Source: Planctomycetota bacterium
GTDB taxonomy: Bacteria; Planctomycetota; UBA11346
DNA length: 25,322 nucleotides
Assembly (NCBI GenBank): GCA_038213805.1
Contig: JBBQSO010000078.1
Location: 1-25,322, forward strand
Reading direction: 5' to 3'
In this document: in pieces, positions 15,066-22,389 of the stretch
How the letters are laid out: each line of letters starts with the position of its first letter
Numbering within the stretch: the stretch's first letter is position 1
Translations under genes and position numbers: made by a program
The notes under the pieces: generated by a model
Database searches by the model: none
The model's input: the letters and a program-made list of their open reading frames with translations, nothing else
Told to the model about the DNA's origin: nothing

Positions 15066-16360
15066 TCGTTGCACCCGGCCCGGGCGTGCGCGTGCTGGTG
15101 TGGGGCTTCGGCAGCCACGGCGGCGGCTTGGCCGCGGCGCGGCACTGCGCGGCGTTGGGCGCGCAGGTCGAGATCCTTGACGACAGACCGGCGGCAGCCT
15201 GCGGTGACCATGGCGCCTGCGCCGCGGCCAGCGGTTGGGCTTGGCACGTCGGCGACGCCACGCACCCCGCCTTTGCCAGCGCCGACCTTATCGTCGCCTC
15301 GCCGGCCATCCCGCCGCGCGCTTGGCCGGCGCGCCACCCGCCGCGCACCGCGCCGGAAGGACTGGCGCTCGCCGCGCACCGCGGACCGCGCCTTGCGGTG
15401 ACCGGCACCAAGGGCAAGAGCACCACCGCGCTGCTGTGCGCGACCCTGCTTGGGTGGGAGGTGGCCGGCAACAGCAACGAGCCGCTGCTGGCCCTGCTCG
15501 CGCGGCGCGGGTCGCAGGTGCCGCTGGTCTGCGAACTGTCGAGCTTCCAGCTCGATCACCTCGCACACGACCAACTTGCGCCCCCGCCGCGCTTCGCCGC
15601 TGCGCTGGTCACCAGCCTGGCGCGCGACCATCTCGACTGGCACGACGACCTCGCCCACTACCACGCGGCCAAGCTGCGCCTGCTCGACTGGGCGGACGCC
15701 TGCGCGCTGGTTGACGAGGTCGTGCCGCTGGTCCCCGGGCGCACCCCGCTGCCGGCGGTGGTGCTGCGCGACGGGGCATTCATCGCGGCCGACGGCCTGG
15801 TGCTGGGCCGGCGCAGCGATCTCGCCCTGCCCGGCGCGCACAATGCTCGCAATGCCTGCCTGGCGCTGACCGTGGCCCGTCATCTCGGCCTCGATGCCGG
15901 GTTGGCGGCCGGGCGCCTGCGTGACGTGCGCGGTCTGCCGCACCGTCTCGAACTGGTTCATGCGGGACAGCGCTGGCGCTTCGTCGACGACTCGATCGCG
16001 ACCACGCCGGAGTCGGCGATGGCCGCGCTCGACGCGCTTTCCGGCCCGCTGGCGGTGATCCTCGGCGGGTCCGACAAGGGCGCGACCTGGGATGTCTTGG
16101 CTGCGGCGGTGGCGGCGCGCGGCGCGCTGCCCCTGCTGATCGGTCAGACCGCGCCGGCCATCGCCACCGCGCTCGCCGCCCGCGGCCTCGCGGCCCTGCG
16201 CGTCGCCGACCTCGATGAGGCGGTGGTGCGCGCCCAGGCGCTGCTGCCGCAGGGGGGCACCATCCTACTCAGCCCGGCCTGCGCCTCGTTTGACATGTTC
16301 CGCGGCTTCGCGGACCGTGGCCAGCGCTTCGCCGCGGCGGCCCGCCGACATGCCCCCTAG
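15062..16360 (+). CDS. murD: UDP-N-acetylmuramoyl-L-alanine--D-glutamate ligase
   Basis: SPAIP, VTGTKGKSTT P-loop, ELSSFQL, DHLDWH, GLPHRLE, DDSIATTPES, GGSDKG, LLSPACASFDMF. Confidence 0.92.
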   Translation: MIVAPGPGVRVLVWGFGSHGGGLAAARHCAALGAQVEILDDRPAAACGDHGACAAASGWAWHVGDATHPAFASADLIVASPAIPPRAWPARHPPRTAPEGLALAAHRGPRLAVTGTKGKSTTALLCATLLGWEVAGNSNEPLLALLARRGSQVPLVCELSSFQLDHLAHDQLAPPPRFAAALVTSLARDHLDWHDDLAHYHAAKLRLLDWADACALVDEVVPLVPGRTPLPAVVLRDGAFIAADGLVLGRRSDLALPGAHNARNACLALTVARHLGLDAGLAAGRLRDVRGLPHRLELVHAGQRWRFVDDSIATTPESAMAALDALSGPLAVILGGSDKGATWDVLAAAVAARGALPLLIGQTAPAIATALAARGLAALRVADLDEAVVRAQALLPQGGTILLSPACASFDMFRGFADRGQRFAAAARRHAP

Positions 16361-16391
16361 CCCGCCAACGCGGCCCCGGCATCATCACGGC

Positions 16392-18092
16392 ATGGCCACC
16401 ACCCTGGACTGTGTCCGCCACGAAGGCCCCTGGTCGCCCCGCTATCTGGTCGGCTTCGACCTGCGCCGGCGACCGCATCTCGAGAGCGATGTGCTGATCG
16501 TGGGCGGCGGAGTGGCAGGGCTGTGCGCCGCGCTCGCGGCTGCCGACGCCGGCAAAGAGGTACTGGTCCTGGTCAAAGGTCCACTGCTCGAGAGCAACAC
16601 CGCCTACGCCCAGGGTGGCGTCGCCGCGGTGCTCGGCGACGCCGAGCGCGAGGCACGCGACGAGGTCGACCTGCACGTCCGCGACACCCTCGCCGCCGGT
16701 GCCGGGCTGTGCGACGAGGGCGTGGTGCGCGATCTGCTCGAGGACGCCGCCGGCGCGATCCACTTCCTGCGCCGCCACGGTTGCCACTTCGACCTCTCGG
16801 GCGATGGCCACGTCGCGCTCGCGCGCGAGGGCGGGCACAGCGCGCGGCGCATCCTGCACGCCAACGGCGACTCGACCGGCGCCGAGGTTGCGCGCAGCCT
16901 GGCAGCCGCCGTCGCGGCAAACCCCGGCATCACGGTGGTCGAGAACGCCTTCGCCATCGACCTGCTCACCGAGGGCGGGCGCGTGGTCGGGGTGCTCTAC
17001 CACCGCCGCGAGGAGCTGGTCGCCGCCCTCGCCGGCGCCACTGTGCTCGCCACCGGCGGTTGCGGGCGGGTGTGGCGCGAAACCAGCAATCCTGCGGTCG
17101 CCACCGGTGACGGTCTGGCCATGGCGTACCGCGCCGGCGCCGAGCTTGGCGACATGGAGTTCATGCAGTTCCACCCGACCACGCTGTACATCGCTGGTGG
17201 TGCGCGCCTGCTCATCACCGAGGCGATGCGCGGCGAGGGTGCGGTGCTGAAGAACCATGCGGGCGAGCGCTTCATGCCGCGCTACCATCCGCTGGCCGAC
17301 CTCGCGCCGCGCGACGTCGTCACGCGCGCGATCATCGCCGAGGTCCGCGCCGGCGGCTTCCCGCACGTATGGCTCGACGCCACCCACCTCAAGGCGGAGT
17401 TCCTCGCCGAGCGCTTCCCGACCATCGCCCAGGCCTGTGCCAAGCTCGGCATCGATATCGCGACGCAGTGGATCCCGGTGCACCCCAGCGCCCACTACCA
17501 CTGCGGCGGCGTGCTCAGCGACGCGCGCGGATTGACCACCCTGCCCGGCTTGTGGGCGGCCGGCGAGGTCGGCTGCACCGGTCTGCACGGCGCCAACCGC
17601 CTGGCCTCGAACTCGATCCTCGAAGGCCTGGTGGTGGGCGTGCGCGCCGGCCGTGATGCAGCCGGTGGTGGCGGCCCGGCCGGGCGTGTGCGCCTGCACG
17701 AGGCGCGCGAACTGCCGGCGCCGGAATCGCTCGACGTGCCGGACCTGGTGCGCTCGTTGCGCTCGCTGATGTGGCGCCACGTCGGCATCGAGCGCACCGG
17801 CAACGAGCTCGCCACCGCGCGCCGCACGCTGCAGTTCTGGTCGCGCCACCAGGCACGCGGTGAATTCCGCGAGCGCAGTGGCTGGGAGCTGCAGAACCAA
17901 CTGACCGTCTCCAGCCTCGTCGCCGCAGGCGCCGAGCTGCGCACCGCCAGCGTCGGCACGCACACGCGCAGTGATTCCAGCGGGCTGCTTGACCTGCACC
18001 ACCATACGTTCCTGCGCAACGCCGCGGTGGACGCACGCGATGAGGCGGTGACGCCAGGCGTGGTCCCTCCGCGTGGCGGGCCGCTGCCATGA
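16392..18092 (+). CDS. nadB: L-aspartate oxidase
   Basis: DVLIVGGGVAG, SNTAYAQGGVA, REGGHSARRILH, LATGG, EFMQFHPT, LITEAMRGEG, LAPRDVV, AHYHCGG, GLHGANRLASNS. Confidence 0.95.
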   Translation: MATTLDCVRHEGPWSPRYLVGFDLRRRPHLESDVLIVGGGVAGLCAALAAADAGKEVLVLVKGPLLESNTAYAQGGVAAVLGDAEREARDEVDLHVRDTLAAGAGLCDEGVVRDLLEDAAGAIHFLRRHGCHFDLSGDGHVALAREGGHSARRILHANGDSTGAEVARSLAAAVAANPGITVVENAFAIDLLTEGGRVVGVLYHRREELVAALAGATVLATGGCGRVWRETSNPAVATGDGLAMAYRAGAELGDMEFMQFHPTTLYIAGGARLLITEAMRGEGAVLKNHAGERFMPRYHPLADLAPRDVVTRAIIAEVRAGGFPHVWLDATHLKAEFLAERFPTIAQACAKLGIDIATQWIPVHPSAHYHCGGVLSDARGLTTLPGLWAAGEVGCTGLHGANRLASNSILEGLVVGVRAGRDAAGGGGPAGRVRLHEARELPAPESLDVPDLVRSLRSLMWRHVGIERTGNELATARRTLQFWSRHQARGEFRERSGWELQNQLTVSSLVAAGAELRTASVGTHTRSDSSGLLDLHHHTFLRNAAVDARDEAVTPGVVPPRGGPLP

Positions 18093-18129
18093 ACCCGGAC
18101 CTGCGTTTTCCGCTGCGCGCGAGCGCCCG

Positions 18130-18453
18130 ATGAACCAGTCGGACGACCTGCGCTGGACCCCGGTTGGTCAAGCCGCCGAGTGGCCAGCAGACGGGGGCAA
18201 GCTGGTGACGGTCGGCGCGCGCCGCATCGGCGTCTACCACCACGCCGGCGCCTGGTATGCGCTCAAGGACATCTGCCCGCACGCCGGCGTCAGTCTGGTG
18301 CGCGGCCCGGTCGCCGAGGGCACGGTGATGTGCATCGGCCACGGCTGGACCTTCAGCCTGGCCAGCGGCGAGGTGGTGCGCGGCTCTGGTGGCCATAAGG
18401 TGGCGACTTGGCCCGTGCGCGTCGTCGGGGGCACGGTCGAGGTGGGGGTGTGA
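18130..18453 (+). CDS. Rieske [2Fe-2S] ferredoxin (NirD/MocE-like)
   Basis: CPH...CIGH ligand pairs, GWTFSLASGE, C-terminal WPVRVVGGTVEV; 107 aa. Confidence 0.9.
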   Translation: MNQSDDLRWTPVGQAAEWPADGGKLVTVGARRIGVYHHAGAWYALKDICPHAGVSLVRGPVAEGTVMCIGHGWTFSLASGEVVRGSGGHKVATWPVRVVGGTVEVGV

Positions 18454-18508
18454 GCGCCGGGCGCACGCCCTTGCGGGCCTAGGCTGGGCCGATACTTTCC
18501 GGCCTCAC

Positions 18509-18580
18509 GCCCGAGTAGCTCAGTGGTAGAGCAATGCTTTCGTAAAGCGGAGGTCACAGGTTCGAGTCCTGTCTTGGGCA
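18509..18580 (+). tRNA. tRNA-Thr(CGT)
   Basis: Acceptor GCCCGAG/CTTGGGC, D arm GCTC-AGTGGTA-GAGC, anticodon loop TT-CGT-AA, T arm ACAGG-TTCGAGT-CCTGT. CCA is not encoded. Confidence 0.95.
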
Positions 18581-18593
18581 TATATCTGAGATC

Positions 18594-18628
18594 ATAACCC
18601 CTTGCAAAACAAGGGGTTATTTCTTGTT
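18594..18628 (+). terminator. Hairpin after the tRNA (intrinsic terminator-like)
   Basis: Perfect 11-bp stem ATAACCCCTTG-CAAAA-CAAGGGGTTAT followed by TTCTTGTT. Confidence 0.7.
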
Positions 18629-18860
18629 CTCCGCTGATCTACCGAGTCACTCAAGCGTGTTGTCCACGAAGTGGCATGCGCTGGCCGGCGGTCCGGGCGC
18701 ACCGCTGGCGACCGCTCGTACATGCGGCATTGCCATGGGGTAGATCACCAGGCGTGCAGGTTTCCCAAGCCTCACGCACTTGGCAGGTTCCTCCCGCACA
18801 CCGCTGCGTGCTCATTTCTCCGCATGCTCGTCGCCATCGATGCCGGATCCCGACCGCGCT

Positions 18861-20165
18861 TCAGCAATCCAGCGTCGACGTCAGCTCATACGGAGAGATG
18901 TGCGCAGCATTCGTGTTCCACTCGATCATCTTGATCGCCAGGTAGCTGCGCACGAAATCCTGCCCCAGGCTCGCCGTGAACTCGTGGTTTGCTCGCAATT
19001 CGCGCATGGCATCCAGCAGGTTCGCCGGCAGCCGCTGGCACGCGCCTTCCGGCAACGGGTGGGTGTACATGTTGTTGTCGTGCCGCGGCCCCGGATCGCG
19101 GCGCTGGGCGACTCCGTCGAGCACCGCCGCGGTGATGCCGGCCTGCAACAGGTAGGGGTTCGCGGCGCCATCGCCCAGGCGCAGCTCGAAGCGGTCAACG
19201 TCGGGGATGCGGATCATGTGCGTGCGGTTGTTGCCGGTGAAGCTGACCGCGTTGGGCGACCACGTCGCGCCCGAGGTGGTCATCGGCGCGTTGAGGCGCT
19301 TGAATGAGTTCACCGTCGGGTTGGTCAGCGCGCACAGCGCCAGGGCGTGGTGCAGCAGCCCGCCGATCGCGTGGTATGCGGTGGGCGACAGACCGAGCGG
19401 GCCCTGGGGGTGGTGCATGAGATTGGTGCCGGCCAGGTCCCACAGCGACAGGTGCACGTGGCAGCCGTTGCCGGACTTGTGGGCAAAGGGCTTGGGCATG
19501 AAGGTTGCTCGCAGGCCGGCCTGCTCGGCGAGGGTTTTGGCCATGTATTTGAAGAACGAGTGGCGGTCGGCGGTGATCAGCGCGTCACCGTAGTGCCAGT
19601 TCATCTCGAACTGGCCGTTGGCGTCCTCGTGGTCGCTCTGGTAGGGGCCCCAGCCGAGCGCCTCCATGGCGTCGCTCAGACGCGCGATGAGCTGGAAGTT
19701 GCGCATCACCGCGGCCTGGTCATAGCACGGCTTGGCCTGCTGGTCGCGCACGTCGCCGGCGCCGCTGGCGGCGGCGTCGAGCAGGAAGAACTCGCACTCC
19801 ACGCCGGTGCGCACGCTGAATCCGCAGCTTGCGGCGAGCGCCAACTGGCGCTTGAGCACGGTGCGCGGCGCCTGCTCGAGCGGCTGACCGCCCATCACCA
19901 GATCGGCGGCGACCCACGCGACCTCGCTGTTCCAAGGCAGCTGGATCAGGCTGGCGGGATCAGGGATGGCGAACATGTCGGGATCGGCCGGGGTCATGTC
20001 CAGCCAGGTGGCGAAGCCGGCAAAGCCGGCGCCTGAGACCGCCATCGCGTCCATCGCCGCGCGCGGCACCAGCTTGGCGCGCTGCACGCCGGCGAGGTCG
20101 GTGTACGAGACCAGGAAGAAGCGCACGCCGCGCTCGCGGGCGTAGTCGGCGAAGGAAAACGGCAT
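18861..20165 (-). CDS. glnT: GlnT-type (type III) glutamate-ammonia ligase / gamma-glutamylmethylamide synthetase (GmaS)-like
   Basis: YTDLAGVQRAKLVP, GAGFAGFATWLDMTPADPD, LIQLPW, GVECEFFL, KPCYDQ, YQSDHEDANGQFEMNW, TFMPKPF, TTSGATWSPN, GNNRTHMIRIP, C-terminal TLDC. GGAG SD before ATG 20165; the ORF-track extension to 20591 is not part of the gene. Confidence 0.92.
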   Translation of the reverse strand: MPFSFADYARERGVRFFLVSYTDLAGVQRAKLVPRAAMDAMAVSGAGFAGFATWLDMTPADPDMFAIPDPASLIQLPWNSEVAWVAADLVMGGQPLEQAPRTVLKRQLALAASCGFSVRTGVECEFFLLDAAASGAGDVRDQQAKPCYDQAAVMRNFQLIARLSDAMEALGWGPYQSDHEDANGQFEMNWHYGDALITADRHSFFKYMAKTLAEQAGLRATFMPKPFAHKSGNGCHVHLSLWDLAGTNLMHHPQGPLGLSPTAYHAIGGLLHHALALCALTNPTVNSFKRLNAPMTTSGATWSPNAVSFTGNNRTHMIRIPDVDRFELRLGDGAANPYLLQAGITAAVLDGVAQRRDPGPRHDNNMYTHPLPEGACQRLPANLLDAMRELRANHEFTASLGQDFVRSYLAIKMIEWNTNAAHISPYELTSTLDC

Positions 20166-20179
20166 GCTGCGGCTCCGGC

Positions 20180-21187
20180 TCAGGCGGTGAGGAGGTCGGC
20201 CACCGCGTCGCGGATGGCCAGCGTGTCGACGGGATCGAGGATGGGGTTGCCGGCCCGGTGGCCGCGCCACGAGTGCAAGGGGTGCAGGCGCGCGTTGGGG
20301 ATCAGCGCCGCCTCTGCCGCGCAGTCGGTGACGGTGAAGTAGAGGTCGCTGGTGGACGGCATCACCAGGGTGCGTGCGGTGATCGCCTGCAGGGCGCGGC
20401 GCGTGTCGCCGCCATAGATCTCGTTGGCGCCGATGTCGGCGCGCATCCAGGTGCGCAGCATGCCGAGGTGGTCGAGCGCGTCGCGGCGGCGGTAGAACGG
20501 CTCCCACGCGCGCGCCAGGTAGTCCTCGAGGTCGGCGTAGCCCTGGCGGCGGTACTCCTGGCGGCGGTAGAACTCCTGCGAGGCGGCCCATGAGGCGTAG
20601 ATGCGCGCGAAGGTGCGAAAGCCGCGCTCCGGGACCGCGGTGAAGCGCGTCCCATCCCAGGCCGGGTCGGCGAGCAGCGCCGCCTCAAGCGACATCAGGA
20701 AGAGGCGGTTGTGCTCGCTGGTGCGCGCCGTCCCGCACAGCGCGGCGATGCGCGCGATGCGTTCCGGAAACAGCGCGCCCCAGTGGTAGGCCTGCTGCGC
20801 ACCCATCGACCAGCCGTAGACCAGCGCCAAGCGCTCGATGCCGAAGTGTTCGCGCAGCAGGCGCTCCTGCGCGCGCACGTTGTCGGCGTGACTGACGGTG
20901 AAGGCCGGCGCCGGGTCGGCGAGGTGGCTGGGTGACGTCGACAGCCCGTTGCCGAACATGTCGACGATGACCACGAACCAGCGCCGCGGATCGAGGATGC
21001 CCTCGGGTTTCACCAGCCACTCCACATCCGTGTGCTGGGCCCCGTACGAGGTCGGGTAGAGGATGGCGTTGCCGCGGTTCGCGTCGAGTTCGCCGAAGGC
21101 CTTCCAGCTCAGCTTCGCCGCCGGCAGCACCTGGCCGGAAAGCAGCGTCACATCGCCGAGTGGGAAGACCCCGGTGTATGGACTCAC
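20180..21187 (-). CDS. Alpha/beta hydrolase, homoserine-acetyltransferase-like (MekB/AcmB esterase-like)
   Basis: GDVTLLSG, FGEL...NAILYPT, DMFGNGLSTSPS, nucleophile elbow GWSMGAQQ, acid in DLYF, His in GHRAG. GTG start overlaps the upstream TGA (GTGA). Confidence 0.88.
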   Translation of the reverse strand: MSPYTGVFPLGDVTLLSGQVLPAAKLSWKAFGELDANRGNAILYPTSYGAQHTDVEWLVKPEGILDPRRWFVVIVDMFGNGLSTSPSHLADPAPAFTVSHADNVRAQERLLREHFGIERLALVYGWSMGAQQAYHWGALFPERIARIAALCGTARTSEHNRLFLMSLEAALLADPAWDGTRFTAVPERGFRTFARIYASWAASQEFYRRQEYRRQGYADLEDYLARAWEPFYRRRDALDHLGMLRTWMRADIGANEIYGGDTRRALQAITARTLVMPSTSDLYFTVTDCAAEAALIPNARLHPLHSWRGHRAGNPILDPVDTLAIRDAVADLLTA

Positions 21188-22167
21188 CCTGGACCCGCCC
21201 CGAGCGCGCGCAGCAGCTGTCGCTGGACACCGAGGTAGCCGTCGCGGGCGAGGTATGCGAGGTGCGGCTTGAGGTGGGCGTGCATCCGGCGCAGCGCGTG
21301 GAAGGGCAGCGCGGGGAAGCGGTGGTGTTCGGCGTGGTAGGGCATCTCCCACATCAGGTAGTCGATCAGCGCATTGGTGTAGGTGGTGCGCGTGTTGGCG
21401 TAGCGGTCAGGCCCCTCGACCGTGCCGGTGTGTTCGGAGAGCGTGAAGACGCGCAGGAAGGGCTCGCCAACGGCGAGCGGCAGCACCCAGCCGAGCACGA
21501 ACCACCACGAACCGGCCAATGCGCTGGCGGCGATGGCGATGGCGTACACCGCGACCTGCAGTCGTTCCGAACGCACCACCTCGGCGCGCGCGGCCACCGG
21601 AATGTACGGCTTCTTCTGTGCATGACCGAAGAAGGCCAGGGCGAGGTGACCGCGTACCTTGCCGTACCACCAGGTCAGCCCGGCGATTTCGATGACCCAC
21701 CCCGTGCGCGAGCGTGGCTTGGGATCGTCCAACTCCGGGTCCTTGCCTGCTTGCTGGGTGAAGCGGTGGTGCCAGCCATGGTAGTGACGGTAGAAGGTGC
21801 TGTTGTAGAACGATAGCAGGCCGGCGAACCAGCCCACCGCGTCATTGAGCGCGTTGGTCTTGAAGGCGGTACGATGCACGCACTCGTGCATCGGCGCGAA
21901 CATCGTCGCCAGGCACAGCCCGTAGAGCACCAATGCCGGCAGCGCGATCCATAAGGTCAGCGGCGCCATTCCGGAGAGCGGATACCAGTGCGCCAGCCAC
22001 AGCCAGCCGGCCGCCGCCATCAGCGCCAAGTGCCCGGCCAACCGCCACCACGCGGGCCCATCGCGGCGCATCAGCAGCTCTTTGAGCTCGCCGCCGCCCA
22101 GGCGCAGGGGATCGCCACTGGGTGACGTGGGTTCGGTGGTTGCGTCGATGGCGTCGATGGAGGTCAT
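21184..22167 (-). CDS. Membrane di-iron desaturase/oxygenase, MocD (rhizopine oxygenase)-like
   Basis: His boxes HECVH, HGWHH and HAEHH, plus EHTG, NTRTT, DPEL and PALPFHAL; several TM segments. Start MTSIDA at 22167. Confidence 0.88.
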   Translation of the reverse strand: MTSIDAIDATTEPTSPSGDPLRLGGGELKELLMRRDGPAWWRLAGHLALMAAAGWLWLAHWYPLSGMAPLTLWIALPALVLYGLCLATMFAPMHECVHRTAFKTNALNDAVGWFAGLLSFYNSTFYRHYHGWHHRFTQQAGKDPELDDPKPRSRTGWVIEIAGLTWWYGKVRGHLALAFFGHAQKKPYIPVAARAEVVRSERLQVAVYAIAIAASALAGSWWFVLGWVLPLAVGEPFLRVFTLSEHTGTVEGPDRYANTRTTYTNALIDYLMWEMPYHAEHHRFPALPFHALRRMHAHLKPHLAYLARDGYLGVQRQLLRALGAGPG

Positions 22168-22179
22168 GGTTGCCGGACC

Positions 22180-22309
22180 GGGCTGGGTACACTGGAAAGC
22201 GAGGATGCTGATCGGCAATGCTTCGCGATTAGACAATGCATCGACACTGGGACGCCGCCGGATGGGCGTGCGTGCGGAAGGTTGCCGACCCGCCAGAATA
22301 CCCAGGCCC
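22180..22309 (-). other. Predicted structured 5' leader RNA of the desaturase-hydrolase-glnT operon
   Basis: Nested minus-strand helices: 22293-22305 with 22183-22195 (12/13 pairs); 22282-22289 with 22211-22218 (8/8 including G-U); two small inner hairpins. Confidence 0.4.
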
Positions 22310-22346
22310 TGATGCGCGCACTTTCTGCAGGACGCCGGAGTCATCC

Positions 22347-22362
22347 TGCAAGCGCTTGGCCC
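22347..22362 (-). promoter_or_regulatory. Candidate sigma54 (-24/-12) promoter
   Basis: GGGCCAAGCGCTTGCA gives GG-N10-GC with a TTGCA -12 element, oriented toward the glnT operon. The -24 element deviates from TGGCAC. Confidence 0.5.
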
Positions 22363-22383
22363 GGGCCCCATTCCGCCTACCGT
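22356..22383 (+). promoter_or_regulatory. Candidate sigma70 promoter for a leaderless amidohydrolase mRNA
   Basis: TTGGCC-16nt-TACCGT, ending 6 nt before ATG 22390; no SD. Confidence 0.45.
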
Positions 22384-22389
22384 AAAAGT

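Noticed and set aside
18471..18498. Sigma70 promoter for the tRNA (TTGCGG...GATACT/TACTTT)
   Set aside because: Plausible, but the spacing is ambiguous (14 or 16 nt); not strong enough to list as a feature.
18635..18747. 9-bp inverted repeat TGATCTACC/GGTAGATCA after the tRNA
   Set aside because: Too short, with no target-site duplication or cargo; cannot be told from chance.
20166..20591. ORF-track N-terminal extension of GlnT (576 aa), and similar extensions of the hydrolase (to 21352) and desaturase (to 22653)
   Set aside because: They overlap neighbouring real genes or the promoter region, are low-complexity, and family homology starts at the downstream starts given.
22280..22320. SAM-I/IV-like words (GCATCAGGG, CGGCAACC) in the oxygenase leader
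   Set aside because: No downstream GGTGC partner strand and no SAM-I P1/P2 architecture; kept only as an unassigned structured leader.
22326..22350. TGCAGGA..TCCTGCA hairpin resembling guanidine-II (mini-ykkC)
   Set aside because: It lacks the ACGR tetraloop and the second tandem hairpin.
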